The notes: a model not told the origin generated them from the letters alone. A stretch of DNA of 64,000 nt from Oscillospiraceae bacterium (GCA_017532085.1 JAFXJT010000010.1:7057-71056), one strand, 5' to 3'; shown: positions 33,135 through 43,708, counted from the stretch's first letter. Numbers and translations are program-made.

Positions 33135-35525
33135 TCATCCGAGTTGATTCAGAAGTCCCGCAAGATACATGAGAATTGCAGCGGTATCATCGGCATTGAT
33201 GCCGGAAACACCATCACAGTCAGCATTGGCAGTGCCCTGCTGGGTAACCGTTATGCTCGTATCTTCACCGATATAACGACTGAGCAGCACGACATCGTCA
33301 ATTTTCACCAGGCCATCGCAGTTCACATCGCCATATTGCACAGGAGCCGGCTCGGTGGTCGTGGTGGTAGTCGTGGTAGTCGTGGTAGTCGTGGTCGTTG
33401 TGGATGTAGTAGTGGTCGTGGTCGTGGTTGATGCAGCAGGCGTTGTGACCTGATCGGCACCGGCGCTTACAGACATATAATAGAGGAACACAGAGCCATC
33501 GCCCTTTGTTACAGTATGGTTTCCTGCTGCAAGATCCAGTGTGAAAATGCCGGAAGCGGGAACAGGATAAGCAACGCCATCCACCCGGAATGTATTACCG
33601 TTTTGCATCACCAGCGTCAGCACAGAAGGCACCGACGTGGTGAATGCAATATTGGTAGCGGTTTCCATCTTAAGGCAAATTGAGAGCGTCATCCCCCTAA
33701 ACTCCATGCTGCCCTTGCTGTCCGATAAATTGCCGCTGATGGAATAAAAGCTGCTGGAAGTACCATGCTTTGTAAAATTATGCTCATAACCGGAGGATCC
33801 CGGTGTGTCGGTGACAACAGGATTGGTATTGCTGCCGCTGTCTAAGGTAGTGCTTGTTGTGGTGACAGTGGTAACAGCCGGTGCTGTTGTGGTGATCGGA
33901 TCAGAAGGCTGTACATAAGATCCGCTGCCGATGCTTACGATCTGATCGTCATAGGAAACCAGCGCTGCCTTGAGTGCTGCGATCACATCGGAATTGCTAT
34001 CCTCGGTATTATCATCAAAGTTCCAGCGGAAATCGCCGCCCTGCACACGGCCTGCATAGGTCTCAACAATCCCCGGAACCGCCTCGGCACTATCCGGAGA
34101 ATAGCTGTACATACTGCTTGCGGTATCGAAATTATTATAAGATGCACCGCCGTTTGCCGCTTTCACGGAAGAAGGCACCTGCTCATTTTTGGAAGATGCT
34201 TCATAGCAATCAAAGCTTGTATGATTCTTGCTGTAAGGGATATACGAATCGGCACCGAGGATCACATTGCCATATGCCTTGATCATGCCGCCGGCTTCGC
34301 CCGAAAGGGTTTTGGCAGTATCCGAACCCTGCGTGGAAATCAGCATGGGCTTGCCGCAATTTCTGAAATAGTTGTTCTCTACAAACACATCGGAATCGGT
34401 AGTGGAACCGATGCCGTATTTGGCATTGCCGTCATAATAGTTATTGTATACATGTACCGTTGCCACTCTTACACGAGGATGACGGGAATCCGAGTGATCA
34501 TACCAATTGTGATGATAGGTGATATAATTGGAAGTATCACTGGAGTTTGCACCTTGCAGATTGCATTTTCCGCTATCCCAGAAATGATTGTAAGAATGTG
34601 TGATATACTGCGATTTTTTCGTATCCAGAGCACCGTCGCCCTTCACCTGATCGGCATCGGAACCTGCATCGCCATAAAAGAAATCACAGTTATGTACCCA
34701 GCAATAGGTATTGCCCTGCTGAAGACCGCAGTTATCACCCTCAGAGCTGTTGCAGTTCATAAATCCGATGTTTCTTGCCTCGAAATTAGTGCTGTTTTTT
34801 ACTCTGAGTCCAAAGCCGTTGAAGGTAGTGTCCGTACCGATTCCCTCAATGGTCAGACCACAGGTGATCTTATCCACCAGCAAATCGCCCTTGTCCAGCG
34901 TTGCGGGATCGGTGATATTGCCGATCAGACGGATCGCCACAGGCGTCGAGCTGTCCTTGCAGGCATACACAATATTCTGCACACCGGTCACCGTGCTGCC
35001 GCCGATCTGCGCAGAAACCGAATCCTTATTCTCATTGGTCACATAGACGACCACCGCACCCGGTTTCAAGGTACCGTCTGCTTGATAAGCGCCCACAGCC
35101 TTTCCCTTTTCAAAGGCAAAGCCGGAACGATCATGTGCCATTACATTCACAGCTTTTTCTGCTGCCATGGATGCATTTTCCGCACCATTCATAACCGGTA
35201 CGATCTTCATGGTATAGCTGCCTGCGCTAAGGCCTACTGCATCGGCACGGTAATATCCATTGTACTGCCGGATCAGCATACTGTCAATCTGCTGATAGGA
35301 GCCGCCGGATGCTTTCACATATACATGATAGCTCTGTGCGCCATTGACAGGCTGCCATTGGCAATATGCCGATTCCAGCCAGCCGCCCGATTCTGTAACG
35401 GTTACGGCATCCGCCGCATAAAGAATGGAATACTTTTGCGTCGCTTCGGGTACGATAACAGCACCGAATGTCATGGCTGCACTGCACAGTACCGCAGTCA
35501 GCCGCATGGTCAATCTTTTCATCAT
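33135..35525 (-). CDS. secreted PL1 pectate lyase with N-terminal Fn3/Ig-like module, C-terminal beta-sandwich module, Thr-rich linker and type I dockerin
   Basis: Signal peptide MMKRLTMRLTAVLCSAAM. PL1 motifs seen: YCWVHNCDFFYG, ITYHHNWYDHSDSRHPRVR and VHVYNNYY. The dockerin reads YGDVNCDGLVKIDD...ANADCDGVSGINADD. Confidence 0.9.
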   Translation of the reverse strand: MMKRLTMRLTAVLCSAAMTFGAVIVPEATQKYSILYAADAVTVTESGGWLESAYCQWQPVNGAQSYHVYVKASGGSYQQIDSMLIRQYNGYYRADAVGLSAGSYTMKIVPVMNGAENASMAAEKAVNVMAHDRSGFAFEKGKAVGAYQADGTLKPGAVVVYVTNENKDSVSAQIGGSTVTGVQNIVYACKDSSTPVAIRLIGNITDPATLDKGDLLVDKITCGLTIEGIGTDTTFNGFGLRVKNSTNFEARNIGFMNCNSSEGDNCGLQQGNTYCWVHNCDFFYGDAGSDADQVKGDGALDTKKSQYITHSYNHFWDSGKCNLQGANSSDTSNYITYHHNWYDHSDSRHPRVRVATVHVYNNYYDGNAKYGIGSTTDSDVFVENNYFRNCGKPMLISTQGSDTAKTLSGEAGGMIKAYGNVILGADSYIPYSKNHTSFDCYEASSKNEQVPSSVKAANGGASYNNFDTASSMYSYSPDSAEAVPGIVETYAGRVQGGDFRWNFDDNTEDSNSDVIAALKAALVSYDDQIVSIGSGSYVQPSDPITTTAPAVTTVTTTSTTLDSGSNTNPVVTDTPGSSGYEHNFTKHGTSSSFYSISGNLSDSKGSMEFRGMTLSICLKMETATNIAFTTSVPSVLTLVMQNGNTFRVDGVAYPVPASGIFTLDLAAGNHTVTKGDGSVFLYYMSVSAGADQVTTPAASTTTTTTTTSTTTTTTTTTTTTTTTTEPAPVQYGDVNCDGLVKIDDVVLLSRYIGEDTSITVTQQGTANADCDGVSGINADDTAAILMYLAGLLNQLG
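33354..33428 (-). repeat. Thr-rich linker coding repeat, including (GTAGTCGTG)x3 nonamer tandem
   Basis: Encodes TTTTTTTTSTTTTTTTTTTTTTTTT. A 9-nt periodic unit is visible at about 33368-33394. Confidence 0.9.
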
Positions 35526-35799
35526 GCAACCCCCAAAAAACAATCAAGCCATACAAAAAACACAGCGTTCGGATACAGCAGTGCCATATCCTCTGATGAC
35601 TAGTATACTGAAAAATTATCTGCATTGCAATGAACAATCCTCTATTTTTTCTGCATAATAATCCGATGATGCCGGAATCACGGCAGGAAAGCATGAAAAA
35701 AACCATGAAAAATCCCGCTGCAATTTGTGCGAATTTACAAAAATTCGGGAAAGTGCGGAGGAAGCCTTGACAAGGAGAAGAAAACATGGTATTGTTATA

Positions 35800-35826
35800 T
35801 TAGCACTCAAAGATCAAGAGTGCTAG
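35800..35826 (+). promoter_or_regulatory. CIRCE operator (HrcA binding site) with upstream TTGACA promoter
   Basis: TTAGCACTC-aaagatcaa-GAGTGCTAG matches the consensus TTAGCACTC-N9-GAGTGCTAA. TTGACA lies at 35767-35772. Confidence 0.9.
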
Positions 35827-35887
35827 CACACGAAAAACCAGTCTGCCGATGCCGACTGATCTGCTGCGAAAGGAGTTGGATACTGCA

Positions 35888-36940
35888 ATGGATGACAGAA
35901 AGCTGAAAATTCTGGCAGCTGTTGTAGATGCCTATGTGACCACCGGTGAACCGGTAGGCTCCAAAGCCATTGCAGCGCTGCCGGATATCAATGTATCGCC
36001 GGCGACCATCCGCAACGATATGGCGGTACTGGAGCAACTGGGTCTGTTGGAGCAGCCGCACACTTCTGCCGGACGGGTACCGACCTTCCAAGGCTATAAG
36101 GTCTATATTGATAAATGTATGCACGCGCATACGATTCCCGAAGCAGATCGGGAACGGCTGGATCGGGTCTTTGAAGGCACCGAGGTGTTTGATGAGGAGC
36201 TGCTGATCCAATCGGCAACCACAGCATTGGCAGAGATTACGCATTGTGCCGCCGTGGCAGTGAATGCCATGCCGCAGTTTTCCGTGATCTCAAGAGTCGA
36301 GGTCATACCCACAGGAAAACGATTGTATGTGATTCTTCTGATCACCTCGGCAGGCAATATCAAAAACAAGGCATGCCGTCTGGAGTTTGATCTGAATGAG
36401 GAACAGCTCTCCTTCTTCACTGCATTTTTAACGGAGCATCTGCATGGCGTATCGCTTACGGATCTTTCACCGGAGCGTATGGAACAGCTGATTACCGCAC
36501 TGGGCACCTATATGGTAACGCTGGGTCCGCTGGTGCAGGGGCTTTATGAACTGAGCCGGGATATGATGCAGCAAGAGCTGACGGTCAACGGCACACGCAA
36601 TCTCCTCACCTGTCAAGAGCTGGATACAATGGATATTGTACAGTTTATGGAGCATCAGGATGTCATCATGCCGCTGCTCAACGATACCTTCAGCGGCATT
36701 CATGTGATGTTCAGTGAAGAAACCCATCAAACAGCATCGGGTTCTGCCGGACAGACCTTTGTCATCGGCAATTCCAGCATGATCGTGGGACAATATCACA
36801 AGGACGGCAGGGAAGCCGGCCGCCTCGGCATCATCGGCCCCATGCGGCTCGATTACGCCAGAGTCATTCCCTATCTTGAATATATCACCCAGAAGCTAAC
36901 GAATCTGATTTCCGAAAACAAGGAGGACGACGACATATGA
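35888..36940 (+). CDS. hrcA: heat-inducible transcription repressor HrcA
   Basis: MDDRKLKILAAVVDAYVTTGEPVGSKAI...ATIRNDMAVLEQLGLLEQPHTSAGRVPT. It is the first gene after CIRCE. Confidence 0.92.
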   Translation: MDDRKLKILAAVVDAYVTTGEPVGSKAIAALPDINVSPATIRNDMAVLEQLGLLEQPHTSAGRVPTFQGYKVYIDKCMHAHTIPEADRERLDRVFEGTEVFDEELLIQSATTALAEITHCAAVAVNAMPQFSVISRVEVIPTGKRLYVILLITSAGNIKNKACRLEFDLNEEQLSFFTAFLTEHLHGVSLTDLSPERMEQLITALGTYMVTLGPLVQGLYELSRDMMQQELTVNGTRNLLTCQELDTMDIVQFMEHQDVIMPLLNDTFSGIHVMFSEETHQTASGSAGQTFVIGNSSMIVGQYHKDGREAGRLGIIGPMRLDYARVIPYLEYITQKLTNLISENKEDDDI

Positions 36941-37527
36941 CCGAAGAACTGCGTGATACACCGGGCTGTGAAAATGACTGTGACGGCACCTGTGAGCCTA
37001 TGGATCCGATGCCGGAAGCGCCCAATGATTTCCTGGAAGAAGAACCGCCTTTCCTGGAAACCGATGACGGTGAGCCTGAGATCATTGAACTGACACCCGA
37101 ACAGCAGGCCTTGCAGGAAGCAAACGACAAATATATGCGTTTGTTTGCCGAGTTTGATAACTATCGCAAGCGTACTGCCAAGGAAAAAACCGAAAGCTAT
37201 CAGGATGCCGTAGCCAAAACGGTTCTGGAGCTGCTGCCGGTTGTGGATAATTTCGAGCGCGCCATGGCATCGCCTTGTGCCGATGAAGCCTTCCGCAGCG
37301 GTATGGAAAAGATCTATCAGCAGCTTTGTGAAACGCTGAAAAAGCTGGGCGTTACCGAAATCCCCGCAATGGGAGAAGTGTTTGATCCCAAAATGCATAA
37401 CGCCATTCGTCAGGTTGACGACGAAAACTATGACGAAAATATCATCTGCGAAGTATACCAGAAGGGCTATCTGCTGGGCAGCCGGATCATTCGTCACGCA
37501 ATGGTATCCGTTGCAAACTGCAGCTAA
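36937..37527 (+). CDS. grpE: nucleotide exchange factor GrpE
   Basis: FDNYRKRT and GEVFDPKMHNAI are present. The start overlaps the hrcA stop as ATGA. Confidence 0.92.
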   Translation: MTEELRDTPGCENDCDGTCEPMDPMPEAPNDFLEEEPPFLETDDGEPEIIELTPEQQALQEANDKYMRLFAEFDNYRKRTAKEKTESYQDAVAKTVLELLPVVDNFERAMASPCADEAFRSGMEKIYQQLCETLKKLGVTEIPAMGEVFDPKMHNAIRQVDDENYDENIICEVYQKGYLLGSRIIRHAMVSVANCS

Positions 37528-37584
37528 TCCGCCCTTTTCAACACATATCCGATTGATTATTAATTTTGAAGGAGGAACTTCATC

Positions 37585-39405
37585 ATGAGCAAAATTATTG
37601 GTATCGACCTTGGAACCACCAACTCCTGCGTTGCAGTTGTGGAAGGCGGCAACGCTGTTGTGATCCCCAACGCAGAAGGTGCAAGAACTACACCCTCTGT
37701 GGTAGCTGTTTCCAAAACCGGTGAGCGTCTGGTCGGCCAGATCGCAAAGCGTCAGGCAATCACCAACCCCGATAACACCGTGATCTCCATTAAGAGAAAA
37801 ATGGGCAGCAATGAAAAGGTTACCATCGACGGCAAGGCTTATACTCCCCAGGAGATCTCTGCAATGATCCTGCAGAAGCTTAAGGCAGATGCTGAGGCAT
37901 ATCTGGGCGAAACTGTCACCGAAGCTGTCATCACTGTTCCCGCATATTTCACCGACAGCCAGCGTCAGGCTACCAAGGATGCCGGTCAGATCGCCGGTCT
38001 GAATGTCAGACGTATCATCAACGAGCCGACCGCTGCTGCACTCTCCTACGGTATCGATAAGGAAGAGCAGCAGAAGATTATGGTATTCGACCTGGGCGGC
38101 GGTACCTTCGATGTCTCCATCATTGATATGGGTGACGGCGTTACCGAGGTTCTGGCAACTGCCGGCAACAACCGTCTGGGCGGCGATGACTTCGATCAGC
38201 GCATCATCGACTGGATGGTCGAGGAATTCAAGAAGGCAGAGGGCATTGATCTGCGCTCCGACAAAACAGCAATGCAGCGTCTGAAGGAGGCTGCCGAAAA
38301 AGCAAAGATCGAGCTGTCCTCTATGACAACCACCAATATCAATCAGCCGTTCATCAGCGTGGATGCAACCGGCCCGAAGCATCTGGATCTCAATCTGACA
38401 CAGGCAAAGTTCAATGAGATGACTGCAGATCTGGTTCGCGCAACCATGGGTCCTGTAGAGCAGGCTCTGCGTGACAGCGGTCTGAATCCTTCTCAGCTGG
38501 ATAAGGTACTGATGGTCGGTGGTTCTTCCAGAATCCCCGCTGTGCAGCAGGCTGTCAAGGAGCGTATCGGCAAGGAGCCCTTCAAGGGCATCAACCCCGA
38601 TGAATGTGTTGCACTGGGCGCAGCTTATCAAGGCGGCGTGCTGGGCGGCGATGTGAAGGAAGCATTGCTGCTGCTGGATGTGACTCCCCTTTCTCTTGGT
38701 CTGGAAACCATGGGCGGCATCTGCACCAAGATCATTGAGCGCAACACCACCAGCCCCCCCAGCAAGTCTCAGGTATTCTCTACCGCTGCCGACAATCAGC
38801 CTGCCGTAGATATCTGCGTGCTGCAGGGTGAGCGTGAATTTGCAAAGGATAACAAGCAGCTGGGTATGTTCCGTTTGGATGGCATTGCTCCCGCACCGCG
38901 CGGCATCCCTCAGATCGAGGTGACATTCGATATCGACGCAAACGGTATCGTGAATGTTTCCGCAAAGGATCTGGGCACCGGCAAGTCTCAGCAAATCTCC
39001 ATTACCGCATCTACCAACATGAGCAAGGAAGATATCGATCGTGCTGTGCGTGAGGCAGAACAGTTCGCTGAAGAGGATAAGAAGCGCAAGGATCAGGTGG
39101 ATACCAAGAACAACGGCGAAAGCCTCTGCTTCCAGTGCGAGAAAGCACTCAATGAGTTTGGTGATAAGGTCTCTGCTGAGGATAAGGCACCCATCGAGAC
39201 CGCAATCAACGAGCTGCGTGAGGCACTCAAGGGCGAGAATTATGATGATATGAAGGCAAAGACCGAGGCTCTCCAGAATGCATTCTACGCCCTCAGCTCC
39301 AAGGTGTATCAGCAGGCTGCACCCAATGGTACACCCGATATGGGCAATATGGGCAGCATGGGCGGCGATGACAATGTAGTCGATGCCGATTTTACTGAGG
39401 CGTAA
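37585..39405 (+). CDS. dnaK: molecular chaperone DnaK
   Basis: [28 protein letters not shown] and [14 protein letters not shown] are present. Confidence 0.97.
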   Translation: MSKIIGIDLGTTNSCVAVVEGGNAVVIPNAEGARTTPSVVAVSKTGERLVGQIAKRQAITNPDNTVISIKRKMGSNEKVTIDGKAYTPQEISAMILQKLKADAEAYLGETVTEAVITVPAYFTDSQRQATKDAGQIAGLNVRRIINEPTAAALSYGIDKEEQQKIMVFDLGGGTFDVSIIDMGDGVTEVLATAGNNRLGGDDFDQRIIDWMVEEFKKAEGIDLRSDKTAMQRLKEAAEKAKIELSSMTTTNINQPFISVDATGPKHLDLNLTQAKFNEMTADLVRATMGPVEQALRDSGLNPSQLDKVLMVGGSSRIPAVQQAVKERIGKEPFKGINPDECVALGAAYQGGVLGGDVKEALLLLDVTPLSLGLETMGGICTKIIERNTTSPPSKSQVFSTAADNQPAVDICVLQGEREFAKDNKQLGMFRLDGIAPAPRGIPQIEVTFDIDANGIVNVSAKDLGTGKSQQISITASTNMSKEDIDRAVREAEQFAEEDKKRKDQVDTKNNGESLCFQCEKALNEFGDKVSAEDKAPIETAINELREALKGENYDDMKAKTEALQNAFYALSSKVYQQAAPNGTPDMGNMGSMGGDDNVVDADFTEA

Positions 39406-39429
39406 ACGCCCGTCAATCAAAATTGTGCA

Positions 39430-39466
39430 AAAGGGGCGGATTCTGATCTGCCCCTTTGTGTTGTTT
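39430..39466 (+). terminator. intrinsic terminator after dnaK
   Basis: AAAGGGGC-(12 nt)-GCCCCTTT is followed by GTGTTGTTT. Confidence 0.65.
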
Positions 39467-39602
39467 GAATCGGATCAAACGGCAGGCGTCTGCCTTTGCA
39501 GACTGACCGGGCGATCCAATTGAAAGAGGATGCGCTGTATCAGGCAATTGCAGCGGCGGCGCAATCTTTCGGATGAAATCTCGAAAAAACCTGCAAAACC
39601 CC

Positions 39603-39631
39603 TTGCAAGTTTCCGTTAGATGTGGTATAAT
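39603..39631 (+). promoter_or_regulatory. separate sigma-A promoter for dnaJ (TTGCAA - 17 nt - TATAAT)
   Basis: The -35 lies at 39603-39608 and the -10 at 39626-39631. No CIRCE element is present here. Confidence 0.55.
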
Positions 39632-39715
39632 AAACTATATCCGTGTGCTGTTTTGTCGGGAGGCAAAATGCACCGCAACACAAATACATGAAAATCAGCG
39701 AAAGGGTGTTCTGCC

Positions 39716-40867
39716 ATGGCGGATAAACGCGATTATTACGAGGTGCTGGGTGTCAAACGGGATGTTTCGGATGAAGAACTGAAAAAGGTTTATCGTCAGC
39801 TTGCCAGACAATATCACCCGGATCTGCATCCGGATGATCCCACCTGCGAAGCAAAATTCAAGGAAGTCACCGAAGCTTATGAGGTGCTTTCCAATAGCGA
39901 AAAACGAAGTGTATACGATCAATATGGCCACGATGGTCTGGAAAACGGCGGCATGGGTGCCGGCGCAGGCGGTTTCTCGGATGTCAGCGAGATTCTCGAA
40001 AGCCTGTTCGGCGGCATGGGCGGCGGTATTTTCGGCGGCGGCAGAGCTGCCAATGCCAATGCACCCCGTCAGGGCCGTGATATCAGCGCCAATGTCACCA
40101 TCGATTTTATGGAAGCATGCAATGGTGCATCCAAAACCATCCAGATTCAGCGGCTGGAAAACTGCCCCGATTGCCACGGTACCGGTGCAGCAGGCGGCAA
40201 TGAAGCAGAGGTCTGTAAAGAATGTCAGGGCAGAGGTACGGTCAAGGCAACACAGCGGACTCCGTTTGGTCTGATCTCATCCTCCAAGCCTTGCAGCCGA
40301 TGCGGCGGTAAGGGCAAGGTCATTAAAAATCCTTGTCAAAAATGTCGTGGTGCGGGAAGAGTTCGTGTACCCAAATCCATAACAATCACCATTCCTGCCG
40401 GTATTGATCACGGTCAGACGCTGAGTCTTGCCGGACAGGGCGATGCAGGTACCAACGGCGGCGGCAACGGAAATCTGTTTGTCAGCGTCAATGTACGTCC
40501 GCATCCGCTGTATACCCGTGAAGGCTATGATATCCATTGTGAAATTCCCATTACCTTTGCACAAGCTGTGCTGGGCGATGAGATCGTTGTACCTACCATT
40601 GATGGCAATGTGAAATACCGCATCGGAGAAGGTACGCAAACCGGAACGGTATTCCGTCTGCGCGGCAAGGGCATCAAGCGTTTGCAGCGTTCCGATCGCG
40701 GCGATCAATATGTAAAGGTCTATATTGAAGTTCCCAAGGGATTGAATAAGCATCAGAAAGAGCTGATCTCTCAGCTTGAGGCTTCTCTGGAAGCAAAGAA
40801 TTATGCGAAGCGTGAGACCTTCTTCAGCAAGCTGCGCGATTTGTTTACCAAGCCCGGCGAGGATTGA
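39716..40867 (+). CDS. dnaJ: molecular chaperone DnaJ
   Basis: The J domain reads DYYEVLGV...YHPD. A Gly-rich region follows, then four CxxCxGxG zinc-finger repeats. Confidence 0.96.
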   Translation: MADKRDYYEVLGVKRDVSDEELKKVYRQLARQYHPDLHPDDPTCEAKFKEVTEAYEVLSNSEKRSVYDQYGHDGLENGGMGAGAGGFSDVSEILESLFGGMGGGIFGGGRAANANAPRQGRDISANVTIDFMEACNGASKTIQIQRLENCPDCHGTGAAGGNEAEVCKECQGRGTVKATQRTPFGLISSSKPCSRCGGKGKVIKNPCQKCRGAGRVRVPKSITITIPAGIDHGQTLSLAGQGDAGTNGGGNGNLFVSVNVRPHPLYTREGYDIHCEIPITFAQAVLGDEIVVPTIDGNVKYRIGEGTQTGTVFRLRGKGIKRLQRSDRGDQYVKVYIEVPKGLNKHQKELISQLEASLEAKNYAKRETFFSKLRDLFTKPGED

Positions 40868-40893
40868 TCTCTTCTGCAGATTCCGACAAATCA

Positions 40894-40939
40894 CAGCACC
40901 GTCACAGTCACACAGGCTGTCGGCGGTGCTGATTTTTTT
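40894..40939 (+). terminator. intrinsic terminator after dnaJ
   Basis: CAGCACCG...CGGTGCTG is followed by ATTTTTTT. Confidence 0.65.
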
Positions 40940-41048
40940 GTACTCTTTGTCGATTTGACAATACACCACGCTGTCGGCAGCCGCATACAATACAGCAAGC
41001 TGTATTTCTCACAGCCGATCTGATCTATCCAAAAGGAGTGCTTACGAT

Positions 41049-41798
41049 ATGGTACATCCCATCCGAGCGCAGGATGCGCTTCCCAAACAAACCTTGCTGG
41101 TCGCAGGCGGCGATCTGCGCCAGCTTTCTGCAGCAAGGCATCTTGCTGCCCATCATCATGTAACCGTCACAGGATTTGATGCGGTTTCTGATTTGCCTCT
41201 GCTGCCGACCAATCCCGCACCGAGCTCTGTGGATGCGCTGATCCTGCCGATGCCTGTGACACAGGATGGCGTATTTCTGCATACCCCCTTATGCAGCAGC
41301 ACCATCGGACTTTCCTCGCTGCTGCCGTTGGTAAAGCCGGGCGGTGCCGTGTTCGGCGGACGCTGGACACCTGCCGATCAGCGTGCGGTGGAAGCCGCCG
41401 GAAGAAAGCCTCTGGATTATTCTGCCCGTGAGGAATTTGCAATACAAAATGCAGTTCCCACTGCCGAAGGTGCGCTGCAGCTTGCTTTGCAGGAGCTGCC
41501 CGTTACCATCCATGGATTATCCTGCCTGATTCTGGGAGCCGGCAGAATCAGCCGTGTATTGCAGCCCATCCTGCGTGCCATGGGAGCAGAGGTCACCGTA
41601 GCCGCAAGACGGTGTTCTGACCTTGCGTGGAGCAAAGTTCCGATGAGGAAACCACGTTTTCCTATAAAAAACAGCATCCCTTCCTCTGCCTGCAGTGCAG
41701 AGAACGGATGCTGTTTTGTTCATTTTATCCCCCATGCGCGGATAGCGGAAAGGGCAGCGGCACGCCCTGAGGATATCGCACCACGCCAATCAATGTGA
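41049..41798 (+). pseudogene. dpaA: 3'-truncated dipicolinate synthase subunit A (DpaA/SpoVFA) remnant
   Basis: Colinear with SpoVFA for about 194 aa (LLVAGGDLRQL...NAVPTAEGALQLALQELPVTIHGLSCLILGAGRISR...GAEVTVAARRCSDLAW). From about 41630 the frame reads unrelated sequence through a terminator hairpin. The last ~100 aa of DpaA and the whole dpaB gene are absent. Confidence 0.7.
41664..41720. terminator. bidirectional intrinsic terminator
   Basis: AACAGCATCC...GGATGCTGTT encloses an inner CTCTGC/GCAGAG helix. An A-run lies on the left and TTTTGTT on the right. Confidence 0.7.
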
Positions 41799-42516
41799 TA
41801 TTGTCTCTGCCGCCTTTGTCCAGAGCAAGCTGTACCAGCTGTGCAAGACGAATCGGCATTGCCTTCGGACGTGCAAGAACCTCCTCGATCTCATAGTTGG
41901 TAACATAATCGGTCAAGCCATCGGAGCACAGCAGCAGCAGATCACCATAACGCATTCCATCGGGATACACAAAAACCTCAGGCTTCGGTTCTTCCTCCAA
42001 ATTGCCGATCACCGGAAGAATAATATTGCGATGGGAATGCATACGTTTTTCCTCGCTGGTAATACTGCCTTCATCATACAGCATCTGCACCAGGGTCTGA
42101 TCACGGCTGAGCTGCTCCAGACTTCCGTTGCGATAACGGTAGATACGAGAATCTCCCACATTGAAGCAGCGCATAACAGAATCCTCATCAATGGCAATTC
42201 CGCAGAGTGTCGTCTGCATATTGGCAGTCTGCCGATTTTTTCGGCTTTGCTCTGCAATCTCCCGATGGATCTCCAGGATTCTTCGCTTGAGATTGATCTT
42301 TTTGCTGTATCGCAGCGCCGAAAGCCGGTTCAGACAGGTGCGGGATGCAAGCTCTCCTGCCTGCTCACCCGAAACACCATCGCAGACTGCAGCCAGAAAG
42401 GGCGCCGGCAGCATCTGCTGCATCGTACCTTCCGTGCTCACCATGCGGTGAATCAGCATGGCATCTTCATTATGCGGCATAATCCCGACCTCTGTGATTC
42501 CGCAGCAATAATACAT
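41725..42516 (-). CDS. PP2C-family Ser/Thr protein phosphatase
   Basis: NEDAMLIH, AAVCDGVSGEQAGELAS, GDSRIYRY and LLLCSDGLTDYV are present. SD GAAAGGAG is upstream. Confidence 0.88.
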   Translation of the reverse strand: MYYCCGITEVGIMPHNEDAMLIHRMVSTEGTMQQMLPAPFLAAVCDGVSGEQAGELASRTCLNRLSALRYSKKINLKRRILEIHREIAEQSRKNRQTANMQTTLCGIAIDEDSVMRCFNVGDSRIYRYRNGSLEQLSRDQTLVQMLYDEGSITSEEKRMHSHRNIILPVIGNLEEEPKPEVFVYPDGMRYGDLLLLCSDGLTDYVTNYEIEEVLARPKAMPIRLAQLVQLALDKGGRDNITLIGVVRYPQGVPLPFPLSAHGG

Positions 42517-42571
42517 ACCAATAGCGCTCCTTTCTTCTTATAGTATGATGCGCAAAAGCACTGTGTTTCTC

Positions 42572-43708
42572 TTATTCCCGATAAGCAGAACCCAGAATCT
42601 GTGAATACTGTGCACGGAACTGTGCAAAGGTACCTTGATCCAGTGCCTCCCGCATTCTCTCCATCAGCGTATTATAGAACCAGAGATTGTGTGTTACTGC
42701 CAGACGACCGGCCAGCTGCTCACCTGCCTTAAACAGATGTCTCACATAGGCACGGGAGAATCTTCGGCAGGTGGGACAATCACACTGTTCATCAATGGGA
42801 CGGTCATCGGTTTCAAAGCAGCGATTGGTCAAATGCATAATGCCCTTCCAGCTGAATACGGTTGCATGACGTGCATTGCGGCTTGGCATCACGCAATCGA
42901 ACAGATCAATGCCTCTTGCCACAGCCTCAACCAGATTGGCAGGTGTACCCACACCCATCAGATAACGGATCTTGTGTATCGGCATATGCGGTGCTACTTG
43001 ATCAATGATATCATACATCACTTCCGTCGGCTCACCCACAGCCAGACCGCCAATGGCATAGCCATCCAGATCCAGCTCTGCAATTTCCTGCATATGCGAG
43101 ATGCGCAGATCGCCATAGGTGCTGCCTTGATTAATGCCAAACAACAGCTGGTGAGGATTGAGCGTATCGGACAAGCTGTTGAGTCTTGCCATTTCCGTTT
43201 GACAGCGCTTGAGCCATCTTGTGGTACGGGCACAGCTTTGTGCGGCATACAAATAAGGTGCCGGATTCTCTACGCATTCATCAAATGCCATGGCAATGGT
43301 AGATCCCAGATGGGATTGAATCTGCATACTTTCCTCCGGACCCATAAAAATACGGTGTCCATCAATATGCGACTGAAAATAGACGCCCTCTTCCTTGATT
43401 TTGCGAAGCTTTGCAAGAGAAAACACCTGAAATCCTCCGCTGTCCGTCAAAGTCGGCTTTTTCCATCCGGTGAATCCCTGCAAGCCGCCCATTTTCCGCA
43501 CAATCTGATCACCGGGGCGCACATGCAGATGATAGGTATTGCACAGCATCACCTGACATTTCAGCTCATCCAAATCATAAGCCGAAAGAGCACCCTTAAT
43601 CGCACCTGCTGTGGCAACATTCATAAAGCAGGGCGTCTGAAAATCGCCGTGCACCGTATGAAATACGCCTCTGCGGGCAATGCCCTCGGTTTTGAGCAGT
43701 TCAAACAT
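42572..43708 (-). CDS. tgt: tRNA-guanine transglycosylase (queuine tRNA-ribosyltransferase)
   Basis: MFELLKTEGIARRG...TPCFMNVAT, LTDSGGFQVFSL and CDCPTC are present. SD GGAGG precedes ATG 43708. Only the last 378 codons of the 686-aa track ORF are genuine. Confidence 0.93.
   Translation of the reverse strand: MFELLKTEGIARRGVFHTVHGDFQTPCFMNVATAGAIKGALSAYDLDELKCQVMLCNTYHLHVRPGDQIVRKMGGLQGFTGWKKPTLTDSGGFQVFSLAKLRKIKEEGVYFQSHIDGHRIFMGPEESMQIQSHLGSTIAMAFDECVENPAPYLYAAQSCARTTRWLKRCQTEMARLNSLSDTLNPHQLLFGINQGSTYGDLRISHMQEIAELDLDGYAIGGLAVGEPTEVMYDIIDQVAPHMPIHKIRYLMGVGTPANLVEAVARGIDLFDCVMPSRNARHATVFSWKGIMHLTNRCFETDDRPIDEQCDCPTCRRFSRAYVRHLFKAGEQLAGRLAVTHNLWFYNTLMERMREALDQGTFAQFRAQYSQILGSAYRE

Noticed and set aside
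36871-39420. An 849-aa ORF on the minus strand covering grpE and dnaK.
   Set aside because: It is exactly antisense to the unmistakable dnaK gene. It has no SD, is low-complexity and Leu/Gly/Cys-rich, and has no recognisable motif. This is the classic antisense-ORF artefact of stop-poor complementary frames.
39595-39620. A third copy of the 28-nt element upstream of dnaJ (CCCTTGCAAGTTTCCGT).
   Set aside because: Only CTTG and GTTTCCGT match, and the second half-site and the CGCTGT box are absent. It overlaps a normal -35 hexamer, so I treat it as chance similarity.
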